A stretch of DNA of 52,318 nucleotides from Octopus sinensis (lineage: Eukaryota). Below, piece after piece: positions 13,095 through 25,636 of the stretch. The translations under genes and the position numbers were made by a program. Numbering within the stretch: position 1 is the stretch's first letter; every line of letters starts with the position of its first letter. The notes beneath the pieces were generated by a model, which saw only the letters and a program-made list of their open reading frames with translations, was not told the DNA's origin and searched no databases. Location of the stretch: the NCBI RefSeq assembly GCF_006345805.1, contig NW_021834255.1, positions 1 to 52,318 of the forward strand. Direction: 5' to 3'.

Positions 13095-13921
13095 ACAGGC
13101 ACAAGACCTAAAATTTCGGAGAAGGGGAGTATTCAATCACACCGACCCCAGTTTTCAACTGGCTCTAGTTTTATTGACTCGGAAAGGACAAAAGGCAAAG
13201 TCGACCTCTCGACCTCGGTAGAATTTGAACTCAGAACGTAAAGACGGATGAAATACTGCTAAGCACTTTGCCTAGCTCGCTAACGACTCTGCTAGGTCGC
13301 TGCCTACATAATGAGATAAGATCTTGTAACAAGGCCAGCAATTTCGGGACAGGGGATAAGTTGATTACATCAACCCCAATGATCAACTTATTTTATCGAA
13401 TTCGAATGACAAAGTCGACCTGGGCGTAATTTGAATTCAGAAAGTAAAGACGGACGGAATGCGCTAAGCATTTTATCCAGTGTGCAAACGATTCTTTCTG
13501 CAAGCCGCCTTAATAATAATAATAATAATCCATTCTACTAAAGGCACAAGGCCGGAAATTTATGGGGAGAAGACTAGTCGATTACATCGACCCCAGTAAT
13601 CCTCTGATATATAATTTATCGACCCCGAAAGGATGAAAGTTGACCTTGGCGGAATTTGAACCTAGAACGTGTAAACAGACGAAATACCTATTTCTTTATT
13701 ACCCATAAGGGGCTAAACACAGAGGGGACAAACAACGACAGACAAACGGATTAAGTCTATTATATCGACCCCAGTGCGTAACTGGTACTTAATTTATCGA
13801 CCCCGAAAGGATGAAAGGCAAAGTCGACCTCGGCGGAATTTGAACTCACAACGTAACGCAGACGAAATACCGCTAAGCATTTCGCTTGCTGCACTAACGA
13901 TTCTGCCTGCTCGCCGCCTTG
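13095..13921 (-). mobile_element. Cluster of four same-orientation SINE A copies (13095-13306, 13322-13510, 13533-13688, 13689-13921)
   Basis: Repeated CGAAAGGATGAAAGGCAAAGTCGACCTCGGCGGAATTTGAAC motif. Copies are separated by short (AAT)n or fused directly. Confidence 0.85.
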
Positions 13922-13960
13922 ATAATAATAATAATTATTATTATTATTATAGTAATAATA

Positions 13961-14255
<295 letters not shown>

Positions 14256-14427
14256 TTGTCCTAGTTACAATAGTTTTATTTAACCTGTTTTCTTAATCAG
14301 TGCTATTGACCGAACTGGCACACGTTGAGTAAGCGTCATGAAAAGCATTTTTCCGAGTTTGATACACTGAAATACTATTAAAGTGTTGATATCGACTTCA
14401 TGGGATTATAATATATAATATAATATG

Positions 14428-14545
14428 AAGTCGGCGAACTGGCAGAATCCTTAGCACGGTGGGCGAAATGCTTAATGGCATTTCGTCCGTCTTCATGTTC
14501 TGAGCTCAAATTCTGCGAAGGTCGCCTTGGCTTTTCATCCTTTCG
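14428..14545 (+). mobile_element. SINE family A, 5' half
   Basis: GGCGAACTGGCAGAATCCTTAGCAC...GAGCTCAAATTC...TTTCATCCTTTCGG. Confidence 0.75.
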
Positions 14546-14595
14546 GAGCTGGACTCAAGATTCCAGCTTTTGATTGCAGACTTTCCTGCATATAT

Positions 14596-14982
14596 GATGG
14601 AAGCACTCCGCCGGTTACGACGATGAGGGTTCCGGTTGATCCGATCAACGGAACAGCCTGCTCGTGAAATTAACGTGTAAGTGGCTGAGCACTCCACAGA
14701 CACGTGTACACTTAACGTAGTTCTCGGGGATATTCAGCGTGACACAGAGAGTGACAAGGTCGGACCTTTGAAATACAGGTACAACAGAAACAGGAAGTAA
14801 GAGTGAGAGAAAGTTGTGGTGAAAGAGTACAGCAGGGATCACCACCATCCCCCGCCGGAGCCTCGTGGAGCTTTTTAGGTGTTTTCGCTCAATAAACACT
14901 CACAACGCCCAGTCTGGGAATCGAAATCGCGATCCTACGACTGCGAGTCCGCTGCCCTAACCACTGGGCCATTGCGCCTCCA
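14596..14982 (-). mobile_element. tRNA-derived SINE family C, full length
   Basis: Minus-strand head GGCGCAATGGCCCAGTGGTTAGGGC (A-box), B-box-like GATTTCGATTCCC. Flanked by CCTGCATATAT / CCTTGCATATAT (TSD with one indel). Near-identical to 34116-34500. Confidence 0.9.
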
Positions 14983-15891
14983 CCTTGCATATATAACAAT
15001 CCTTTTTTTGTGCATTTTTGTGCATTCACATGTGTCTCATAAGGCCTCCAGTAGACCTACCCATCATGTTACAAACTGGACACAGGATTTGTCAAGGGGA
15101 TATGTTCCTATTCGAGTCTTTTCCATCTTTAAAACATTAGTTAAGAGAAATAACTCATAGTAACCAGATGTATGAACAATGAAGGCAGATAAAGACGTGT
15201 AGCAAATGCTATACAAGATAAATTCGTAGTATTGAAATTATTTCCCCTTCGATAAAAGAATAAAGAAATGCCTTGTATAACTTGTGACTTATTACGAGAA
15301 AAGGAGATAATTTCATGATCCAATAATCCTCTGAAATTGAGATCATTAAAGAAGTACCAACTTATTGTCTGCAGACCAGAGGACTGCTGTATATACATGT
15401 TCCTACCAGAAGAGCTGTCTTCAGCAAAGTAGATGGTTTTCTTTGCATTCAACAGACGAGGCACATAGACGTAAGCAAAATGAGTTGAAAAGGTTTATAT
15501 CCTAGAGCATTTTGCATTATTAAACAAAAGTAAACTCAGAGAAATGACTCTGGGGAAACTTGTTTGCACATCGTTTCAGAAACACGTAGTTTTAAATTCG
15601 ATCCTAGCATACTTGTTTCTTCAAATGTAGGCTTCAGTGCATTTAATACTTACGAACAAAATTTGATCGAGAATATGTAGACGCTCATTGTATATAAAAT
15701 GCGTAGGATGAGTGTTTTGTGTTACCGTAATAATCCTTAATGATTTGTTAGAAAAGTAAAAATATATAAGCATAAAATGAACAATATTATCATTATGGCC
15801 GAGTTCCAACCCGGGCCACAGCAACACGTTTTCTGCTTCTTGTATCACCGTGAAATGGGTTCCGCAAGACTAATTTTGATGTTTCAAGTTC

Positions 15892-16558
15892 AGGAGGCGA
15901 GCTGGAAGAATCGTTAGCACGCCGGACGAAATGCTTATCGGTATTTCGTCTGCCGTTGTTCTGAGTTCAAATTCCGTCGAGGTCAATTTGCCTTTCATCC
16001 TTCCGGCGTCTATAAATTAAGTACCAGTTACGCACTGGGGATCGATGTAATCGACTTAATCCCTTTTGTTTGTCCTTGTTTATCCCCTCTTTGTTTAACC
16101 CCTTGTGGGCAATAAAGAAATAAGAAACGCTAGCACGCCGGGCGAAATGCTTAGCGGTATTTCGTCTGCCGTTGTTCTGAGTTCAAATTCCGTCGAGGTC
16201 AATTTGCCTTTCATCCTTCCGGCGTCTATAAATTAAGTACCAGTTACGCACTGGGGATCGATGTAATCGACTTAATCCCTTTTGTTTGTCCTTGTTTATC
16301 CCCTCTTTGTTTAGCCCCGTGTGGGCAATAAAGAAATAAGAAACGTTAGCACGCCGGACGAAATGCTTAGCGGTATTTCGTTTGCCGTTACATTCTGAGT
16401 TTAAATTCTACCGAGGTCGACTTTGCCTTTCATCCTTTCGGGGTCGATAAATTAAGTACCAGTTACGCACTGGGGGTCGATGTAATCGACTTAATCCCTT
16501 ATGTTTGTCCTTGTTATCTCCTCTATGTTTAGCCCCTTGTGGGCAATAAAGAAATAAG
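15892..16558 (+). mobile_element. Head-to-tail trimer of SINE family A (period about 216 bp)
   Basis: Units start at 15892, 16124 and 16340. The junction ...AATAAAGAAATAAGAAACG(C/T)TAGC occurs twice. Confidence 0.9.
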
Positions 16559-16579
16559 TTCCAAGTCCAGAGTGGCGCA

Positions 16580-17065
16580 CACAATGACTAGATAGTCGTA
16601 GTTGTCTTTGTGTGGTCTTCTTGCAACCTTTCGGCAGGTCTCCATAAAGGTATTCGTCTGTCATATATTGCTGCTATTTCACATTTAGTATCCTTCCATC
16701 GCATTCATTTGGCCCATTTGATAATTTTTTGTCGGTGTCCATGTCTCAAAGCCATTTAATAGCACTGATTCGAGATAGTTGCAATGAACAGCTTGATTCT
16801 GATTTGCCGAGGCAATTTGGAGTTTCAGACCTTTAGTTTGTGACAGGCTGTCCATGCTTGTTCCTTCCTGATTTTGATGTCTGATTCCAAACTGCTCATC
16901 CAACCTCTTAAGTATTTGAAGTCTTCAGCAACATTCAGTTTGGAACCACTCAGAGCAAACTGTTCAGCATCACTTAATTGGTTGAAAGAAATGTATTCCG
17001 TTTTCTCAACGTTTGTGTGCAGTCCTATCTTAGCAGCTGATGTTTCTACTCGAACAATAAGACAT
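16580..17065 (-). mobile_element. RTE-like LINE, RT C-terminal fragment
   Basis: RVETSAAKIGLHTNVEKTEY...EDFKYL.GWMSSLESDIKIRKEQAWTACHKL...LESVLLNGFETWT. Confidence 0.85.
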
Positions 17066-17117
17066 ATGAATGTATCTACATGTACGCACACACAGGCACG
17101 TATACATACAAACATTA

Positions 17118-17372
17118 GGCGTGGCTTCTTGTTAAGATGTTTGCTTCTTAACAACTGTGTGGCCAACTGGGCAAGTGTCTTCTACTATAGCCTCGGACCG
17201 ACAAAGTCTTGCGAGAGTATGTGGTAGTCGGAAACTGAAAGAATTGACTTGTGTTTTCGAGCTGAGTGGATTGGAGTAACGTGAAATGGAGTGCACAGCT
17301 CGTCGCAGGGTATCGAACTAACGATCTTTCGATCACAAACCGAATAGTCCGAACCACTTAACTATGAGACTT
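17118..17372. mobile_element. SINE B fragment (+, 17118-17245) abutting a different tRNA-like SINE head (-, about 17250-17372)
   Basis: CTGGGCAAGTGTCTTCTACTATAGCC on +. On -, AGTTAAGTGGTTCGGAC...AGTTCGATACCC resembles A/B boxes. Confidence 0.6.
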
Positions 17373-17381
17373 TACTAATAG

Positions 17382-17419
<38 letters not shown>

Positions 17420-17470
17420 GCATAAACATACACATATATACATATATATATACATGTATATATATGTATA

Positions 17471-17505
<35 letters not shown>

Positions 17506-17513
<8 letters not shown>

Positions 17514-17812
17514 ATGAGGGTGTCTAAAAGACACCAACATGCCGAAATAGCAGTCGAAACACTGACTATAGTACCACGTTAAATGTTCATATCGCACCAT
17601 GCCCTTGATATATTCAATTGATGACGGTAAAGCTTATCTAAAGCAGAACCAGAAATCCTTGGATCTTGAATTATTCATTAATTTTTGCTTGTATGTTTTG
17701 TCCCTCCGCTTTACCTCATGGTGCGATATGAACATTTAACGTGGTACTATAGTCAGTGTTTCGACTGCTATTTCGGCATGTTGGTGTCTTTTAGACACCC
17801 TCATTTTTAATT
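17506..17812. mobile_element. Fold-back/MITE with perfect 96-bp inverted repeats and a 115-bp spacer
   Basis: 17506-17601 is the exact reverse complement of 17717-17812. TTAA is present at both ends. Confidence 0.9.
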
Positions 17813-17905
17813 GTTAAAAATTTTTTTACCTTTGTAAGGTATTTCTTTCATGCTGGCCACTTGATAATTTCGACACTTAAATATCGATATTATCCTCATA
17901 TATAA

Positions 17906-17991
<86 letters not shown>

Positions 17992-17999
17992 GTGGTCTA

Positions 18000-18110
18000 G
18001 ACAACAAACAGATGTATTAGTATAACGCTCGGGAAGTGAATCAGTCTCTAACGTTTCGAGCCTACGCTCTTCTACAGAAAGGAAGACAGAAAAAAAACAA
18101 GGAGAAAAAA
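18000..18110 (-). mobile_element. Penelope-like terminal repeat with a hammerhead-like motif
   Basis: Homologous to 49160-49280. Minus strand reads CTGTAGAAGAGCGTAGGCTCGAAACGTT. Confidence 0.6.
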
Positions 18111-18399
18111 TATATACATATATATATATATGCGCGTCTGTGTGTATATATATATATATTATATATATATATATATATTTGCTAAGATGATCCGGTTCTT
18201 GACTGAAGATTGAAGGCTTCGAATGTCCCGTCCGTGTTTTTTATATCGTCTTCTAAATGTTTTACGTTCTTGTCCCAGTTTGTATTTTTCTACATATAAT
18301 ATATATGTATATATACAAGCGTTCGAAATTTGAAATTTACTTCCTTGTCTGTAATATGTATACGTCTTTATGTGTGTGTGTGCGCGCATATATATATAA

Positions 18400-18430
<31 letters not shown>

Positions 18431-18825
18431 TGTATGTATGTATGTTGTATGTATGTATGTATGTATTTGTATATTCGTAATAATTGTATCTGCATATTAT
18501 ATATGTGTTCATTACATCGTTATGTGTTTACGAACTTCGGAGATCGACTCGGGAAATCTGCTCTAACCAAGCTTGTTAACGGCAAAGTTATTTTTTTTCA
18601 AATATATCAGCTGGCAAATATTTGAAGTATTCCGAAGGATTACGCTAAACGTGGAAATGGCATGAAATTTTGATAAAGCATATGGGCATATTGGAAGAAC
18701 ATCTACTGCTACATGTTCAAAAATTAGCTTTGATCGAGCACATCCATCCATGCAAATATCTTCAAGGTCACAGAAACTCTCTCACATACAACATATATAT
18801 ATATATATACCTATATATATGTCTA

Positions 18826-18863
<38 letters not shown>

Positions 18864-18865
18864 TA

Positions 18866-19266
18866 CTAGCAGTATCGCCCGGCGTTGCTCGGGTTTGTAA
18901 GGGAAATAACTATATAAGCATTTTTAGAGAGTTATAGCCAGAAAATAGCAAAAAATGCATTAAAAATGGAAAAAAAATTATGGTAAATTTTTTTTTAAAT
19001 CGTTGACTCATCGTAGACATTTTTAGAGAGTTACTTCCCTTATATAATAGCGAAAAAATGCATTAAAATGGAAAAAAATGATGGTAAATTTTTTTTTAAA
19101 TCGTAGACTCATCGTAGACTCGCGCTAATACCCAGAAGGGCTCGATATGAATCACGACTATAAGATACCCGCTTTTCGTTAAACTGCACCGCAAAATGTA
19201 GGAGTAGTTAGGAATCTAAATCGTCGGAGACAGACACACAACTTGACTTTTATATATATATATAAG
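18866..19266 (-). mobile_element. Non-autonomous Helitron, copy 2
   Basis: Same CTAG end and hairpin as 750-1144. Internal duplication of about 100 bp (18919-19017 / 19018-19118). The 5' TC end is not cleanly preserved. Confidence 0.85.
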
Positions 19267-19621
19267 TATTTTGAGGTGGTAAGCATGGATCAGGCTATAT
19301 ATATACTCACGCATATATTACATAATTACATACTCACATGCAGTTGATATGAAAGCCAAATGTTAACGCTTGCTATATCTGTGTTGATAATGAAAAAATA
19401 CACGACGGAAGGAAATACAACGACTGAAGGTGTGAATTGCACCCACCCCTTAAAAATAATGGAAAAAAAAATAAATACATAATATGCATAAGAATTGGTA
19501 TATCTGATATTCTGCAAACTCTACAGCGCTAAACGGATAAGTAAACAAATTAATAGACAAGGGCACAACGACATAGCATACCACACCTATATATATATTT
19601 ATATAAATACATATATATATA

Positions 19622-19705
<84 letters not shown>

Positions 19706-20267
19706 ATATATATATACATATATATGTATATGTATGTATGTATAATTCTGTGTTTGTATGATTGTGTTTGTCTGTGTGGGTGCGTGTCTGCGTGTATGTG
19801 TGAAAATTTATTGATAAATGTACATAAAATATCAAAATGCTATCTGCCACTTTCTAAAGTAGTTGTCTGTAAACTCCATTATTATCATTATTATTATTGT
19901 TGTTGTTGTTGTTGTTGTTATTATTATTATATTAACGCACGCAACACAACATTAATTGTGTAATAACACGCCTTAATTTATCAATCATTAATGATACACT
20001 CTCAAAATATCCACATACATGTGATAGTTACTTGATGTAAAAACGTTAGAATCAACGCTGAATATTTAACAACAGCAAGAAAAAACACATTCTAGTCGAC
20101 GTGCTGACTAATTAGAATGAATTTGACAATTCTTTAGTCGCCTTTCATCACTCAATATCCCACCAGTTTTGGTTTTACCTTCGACGTCTAATTCAATTCC
20201 TTTTTACGCTTTTTTTTTTACGAAAGTGCTCATCCAATCTACTTCAATTTTCACATCTAGCACAAAT

Positions 20268-20295
20268 AATAATAATGATAACGATAATAATAATA

Positions 20296-20361
<66 letters not shown>

Positions 20362-20399
20362 TAATAATAATAACGATGATAATAATAATAATAATAATG

Positions 20400-20436
<37 letters not shown>

Positions 20437-20640
20437 TAACGATAATAATAATAATAATAATAAGAAGAAGAAGAAGAAGAAGAGGGAGGAGGAGGAGGGG
20501 AGAAGATGAAGAATAAGAAGAAGAAGAAGGAGAAGAAGAAGAAGAAGAAGAAGAAGAAGAAAGAAGAAGAAGAAGAATAGCAATAATAATAATGATAATA
20601 ATAACAACAATATCAACATCATCAACAACAATAATAATAA
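20268..20640. repeat. (AAT)n-(AAG)n-(AAC)n compound trinucleotide array
   Basis: Read directly. Confidence 0.95.
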
Positions 20641-21544
20641 TTCTTTAAGACAGTGTCGTTCGTTTTCCCTTGATTTGTATTCGTTTATCCTAGCTTCAGC
20701 CTATTTATATCTATATATTTCTATATCTATATGGCAAACTAGCTATTAATCTATCTATCTATCTATTGTGTGTCCATTCATCTAATTATCTATCTGTCGA
20801 CATATATGTGTCTGTCTGTTAATCCATTGAGCCATTCATCTTGTTTTCAGTTTATATATATTTCCTTCTTCAGAAAAATCCTGGCATCTGTGGGTGGTAA
20901 GAAAACCCTACAGAAAAACATACTTTTTATCTGGGAATTGTAGCGGACTTTCGTCAAAACAGGATTTGGGGAAACGAAATTTCTTCGTAGCATCTGATGT
21001 ATTAGCACCGCCAAAATGTTCAGCTGCAGTTTTATGAATTCTTTAATCTTTTAGATATCTAACTTTGTGAGAGAGAATATAATCTATTATTAATGATATA
21101 CAATATTTCTTTATTTAGAAGTTCCCCAAGTCATGGAACGTATATTAAGGGTTCCCAAAGAGAAAGGTTGAATTACTTGTTCAGATGTAGGATTCTCATC
21201 TACTTCAGCTGGTTCTGTTATTGCTGGTGATGTGTTAGTTTAGCTGTAGAGCATATCCATTATATCAGTAGCACAAGAACAGAAAACACGGATTGAATAG
21301 AAAAGTCTTCAATAATATCGTTTCGATTTTTTATTCTATAAGTAAGATTGTACATTATATTTTATAGACATTTATCTTTATCAATATAACATACTGAAAG
21401 TACGAATAGCTGAAAAACCAGAGGCTGCAGTTTTCGTCCGGGAAAAAACCATTCATAAACATATTATGTTAAAAAAGGAACACAATATATTTTAGAGTTG
21501 GGCGAAACAAAATTGACCCAAAATGACCAGGAGAGCGGTACTCT

Positions 21545-21952
21545 CTCTTTACTTTTTTACTCTTTTACTTGTTTCAGTCATTTGACTGCTGCCATGCTGG
21601 AGCACCGCCTTTAATCGAGCAACCCGACCCCGGGACTTATACTTTTGTAAGCCCAGTACTTATTATATCGGCCTCTTTTTGCCGAACCGCTACGTAACGG
21701 GGACATAAACACACCAGCATCGGTTGTCAAGCAATGCTAGGGGGACAAACACACTCACACAAGCACACACACGCATATATACATATATACGACGAGCTTC
21801 TTTCAGTTTCCGTCTACCAAATTCACTCACAAGGCATTGGTCGGCCCGAGGCTATAGCAGAAGACACTTGCCCAAGGTGCCACGCAGTGGGACTGAACCC
21901 AGAACAATGTGGTTGGTAAACAAGCTGCTTACCACACAGCCACTCCTGCGCC
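21545..21952 (-). mobile_element. SINE family B, full length
   Basis: Homologous to the other B copies. Confidence 0.9.
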
Positions 21953-22065
21953 TATGGTAGTGTTTTTTTGCCGTTGTTGCAGATTCTCAAAGTCACGCTC
22001 TCGTGTTATTCCGAATCGAGATCGAATCAGCTTCTCAGAAATATACAGAGAGCGTGTGTAAAATA

Positions 22066-22716
22066 TACACTGATTTAGAAAGGCGCCGCATTAGCAGAAT
22101 AAAAATTATGCAATAAAAGCAAGGCGAATATAACGCCTTACCAAAATCAGTAATTACTCCTACACACAGGAGTAATGTTACAATTTTTCCTTTACTATTA
22201 GAAACACATATGAAAGCAGCCGCCCCAGTGGTGGTTAAGATGTTAAAACATCGAAGAGTTAGAGTTGTTACTGAAAATAAGATATTAAAAGTAATGTTTT
22301 GACTTATAATGGGTTTAGAATGTATTGGAAATTTCTGAAATAAAAATGAGTGAAATAAAATGGAATGCACTTGATACAAGGTACACAGATTTAAAATAGA
22401 TTTGTGATTCTTAATCTGAGTAGTAAAACTCGTAAGGGATGTCATGAGCTTATAAGGGGTGGATGGAGGTAAGGAATCAATGGGTATCTAGATGGGTTGT
22501 GATATTTATTACAAATAAAATATGTTATAACATCTTGACCACCATTGGGGCGATTTTCATATGTGTTTCATAAGAAAAGGAAAAATGGTAAGATTACTCC
22601 TGTGCGTAAGTGTAATTACTGAGTCTTGATACGGCATTATACTCGCCTCACATATCTGCTTTATTGCATAATTCCAATTTTATTCTGCTAATGCGACGCT
22701 TTTTCAAATCAGTGTA
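22066..22716. mobile_element. MITE with long imperfect TIRs (about 185-195 bp) and TA flanks
   Basis: TA|CACTGATTT...AAATCAGTG|TA. Arms 22066-22250 and 22523-22716 align as inverted repeats with substitutions and small indels. Confidence 0.8.
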
Positions 22717-22821
22717 TAATTTATACATGAAGCACATTCTCAACAAAATCCTTATTGGAACAAGATTATGAGTAGGATGTTGTGATACCAATGCGCCAAC
22801 ATCCAGTGCAATTTCATTCCT

Positions 22822-23223
22822 AAGGTGGTGAGCTGGCAGAATCGTTAGCGTTTAGGACATAATGCTTAGCAGTATTTCTCCCGGCTCTTTACGTTGCGAG
22901 TTTAAATTCAACCGCGGTCGAGTTTGACTTCCATTTTTTGAGAGTCGACAGAAGAACGTAACAGTCAAATGCTTGCGGTCAAAGTAATTGACTTGCTCCT
23001 TCCCTCAGATTCTTTTCTACTCTAGACACAAGGCCCGAAGTTTTCGGGAAGAGGCCAGTCAATTAGATCGACCCCAGTACGTAACTGGTACTTAATTTAT
23101 CGATCCGAAAGGATGAAAGGCAAAGTCAACCTCGGCGGAATTTAAACACAGAATGTAAAGACAGACGAAATGCAGCGATGCTTTTCGCCTGGCGTGCTAA
23201 CGTTTCTGCCAGCTCGCAGCCTT
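22822..23223. mobile_element. Tail-to-tail pair of SINE A copies (22822-23010 +, 23011-23223 -)
   Basis: Family A heads at both outer ends, pointing inward. Confidence 0.8.
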
Positions 23224-24963
23224 CTCCTTCCCTCACATTACTGACCTTGTACCACAATTCAAGTATCTGCTTTCTTTGGTAATTTAAGGAAAACATACTA
23301 GACAAGGAAAATATCGAAAACGAGGCATATACTTGATGGAATAGGCTATGAAAACACCAAAAGATTAATAATAAATCAATGCACAAAATTATCTTCGAAC
23401 TGATTGTTATCGTTGTCAGTTACTTATTTCGTTTGAAAAATATGGAGAAAAGTATATTTCAAAACGCCATTCCATTACGCCAAAGAAAGGTCTAGGCAAG
23501 TTCGAGCAAACAGTGATGGAAATGAACTGTAAACGAGCCTATGCGGTTCCTCAGCCGGCTTGAATCTGCATCCAAATTCCTTAAAATATGTCTTACTGTT
23601 TTCCACAAAAATGAAAGCGATGCATTGGGCAATGCATAAAGGCAAGACAGTCATCAGTGGAACGTCTTTTTTTAATCATAGAAAACTGCCAGGAATTACG
23701 TAGGACCAAACAATAAAACACTTAATTCAATGATGTATATAAATTATACATGAGAATTAGGTGTTGTTTGGATTGAGAGGAGAAATACTTGTGTAGGAAT
23801 TGTAGGAAACAGGGAAAAATTGGTGACATGGATGCTTGCAGGGTGCCGGTTGATAGAAAAGTACGGTGGAGAGAGACTCATTGTTAAGATAAGGCAAGTT
23901 TATTCTTGTTTAGGATTCTGTCAGGCGTTGAAACGGAGGAACATGATGTGATATGTTCGGATCACAATATCTTTCAATATAATTATTTAATTCACATGTA
24001 TACTTCATAATTCTGTACAGTGGTACGAAATATAGGAACCACTGCTGGTAATATATAAGCATAGATATATACATGCTGTATGCGATATATACATATTACA
24101 GTGTATGTCTTTGAGTGTCACATATAAACACATGCATATATCAACGCTTATAATAATAGATATTCAAGTCCGTCACGTTTTTCTGTTGCACATTAGCAGG
24201 CCTAACTTCCTTTTCTATGCACGGCTAGTTTTTATTCCATACCTATTTTAAATATGCAATAATGGGGCTTTGTACTCTAATATATATCAAAGTCTGACAG
24301 CAGTAAGTTACAAATATATACGTTTCAAAACTTCAAAATTGAAAAATGCACATTTATATTAATAAATCTTAAAGAAAATGCCATCCCTTGATGGAACATA
24401 TCCATTTTACGATTCCTTTCGTTATTGTCTAATTTCAGAGTTATAGCATACGTTAGATTAATCTTGTAAAGAGAAAAGTATGAAGAAACATAATTTCAAC
24501 TGTTTCAATTCATACACACGCATACATATACATACACACAAACGCACTCACAAACACACACATACAGATACGCACACACATGTATATACACATACATACA
24601 TGTATACGTGTATGTATGTATATGCATTAACAGAGATAGTGAGGAAGGGAGAGAGAGAGGGAGAGGGAGAGAGAGAGAGAGAGAGAGAGAGAATTGAGAA
24701 AGGAATAAGTGTTCACAGAAATGTGTTATGGATAATTCAAGATTATACGAAGTGAACTTTCTTAGAATCCATTATTGTATCAACTTTCATAGAATGAAAT
24801 GCAGAACCTAATATACTTGATCAAATGTTGGTTAACGCAACATTGGAATAAAATCATAAAAATTCACATTTTTTATTCATTTTTCAGTTATTTAATTTCT
24901 ACAGGACATACATAAAAGCACATACACCCACACACACACTCAAGCATATATGAACAATGTATG

Positions 24964-25037
<74 letters not shown>

Positions 25038-25039
25038 TA

Positions 25040-25350
25040 ATAAATAAAACATATGCATATATATATACATATATGTACGTACCTCTACATGTATATATAC
25101 ACGCATATATGAGTACAGGACACCCAAAAAACGTCGAACACAATGAGAAACGAAAACATAGACACAAACCCAAGGAACTGGACATTTTTCTTAAACAACA
25201 AAAGAATAGAGTACAGGACAAATAACACAAGGAAAAAACTCCTTCTTCAGTCGCCATGGTTTCATCTACTCTACGTTTCGAAGTTGAAGGCGAGACGTAT
25301 CTTCGAAAGAAACTTTTCTTCCTGCGAAAAGCAAATCAAATAAAATTTGA
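25040..25350 (-). mobile_element. Unclassified, possibly Penelope-like, repeat family P2 copy 1
   Basis: Reverse-complement homologue of 31844-32110. Contains CTGAAGAAGG and TTCGAAACGTA motifs. Confidence 0.55.
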
Positions 25351-25593
25351 GATCGTTTTGCAGAGGGGTATATATATATATATATATACTATAAGGAAAC
25401 AAGAATAAAAAGTTCAAATTTTTGCATTTCTAAAACACGGTCATTTGTTCAATAATGCTGCATAATATAACCATGCCATGTTATATAACCATGCCATTTC
25501 ATCCGGTAACATTGAACATTTTATATATATATATAAATGTACAAACGCAACTGTATGTGTGAGTGTATGTGTGTGCGCGCGCGTGTGCATCTG

Positions 25594-25636
<43 letters not shown>

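Noticed and set aside
14900-14982. tRNA-like cloverleaf heads (also 34420-34500, 37150-37224, 43711-43790)
   Set aside because: The D-arm and A/B boxes are present, but the acceptor and anticodon stems do not pair and each continues into SINE body. These are not tRNA genes.
15892-16558. CRISPR-like or satellite interpretation of regular repeats
   Set aside because: The units are whole SINE copies with no spacers, in a eukaryotic context.
20874-20896. 23-nt segment between a good acceptor and GTAAGA
   Set aside because: Not frame-preserving. Such pairs are expected by chance in T-rich DNA.
23745-23960. Possible Penelope linker fragment (PCKHPC) on the minus strand
   Set aside because: Similarity is too weak to support as a feature without a profile search.
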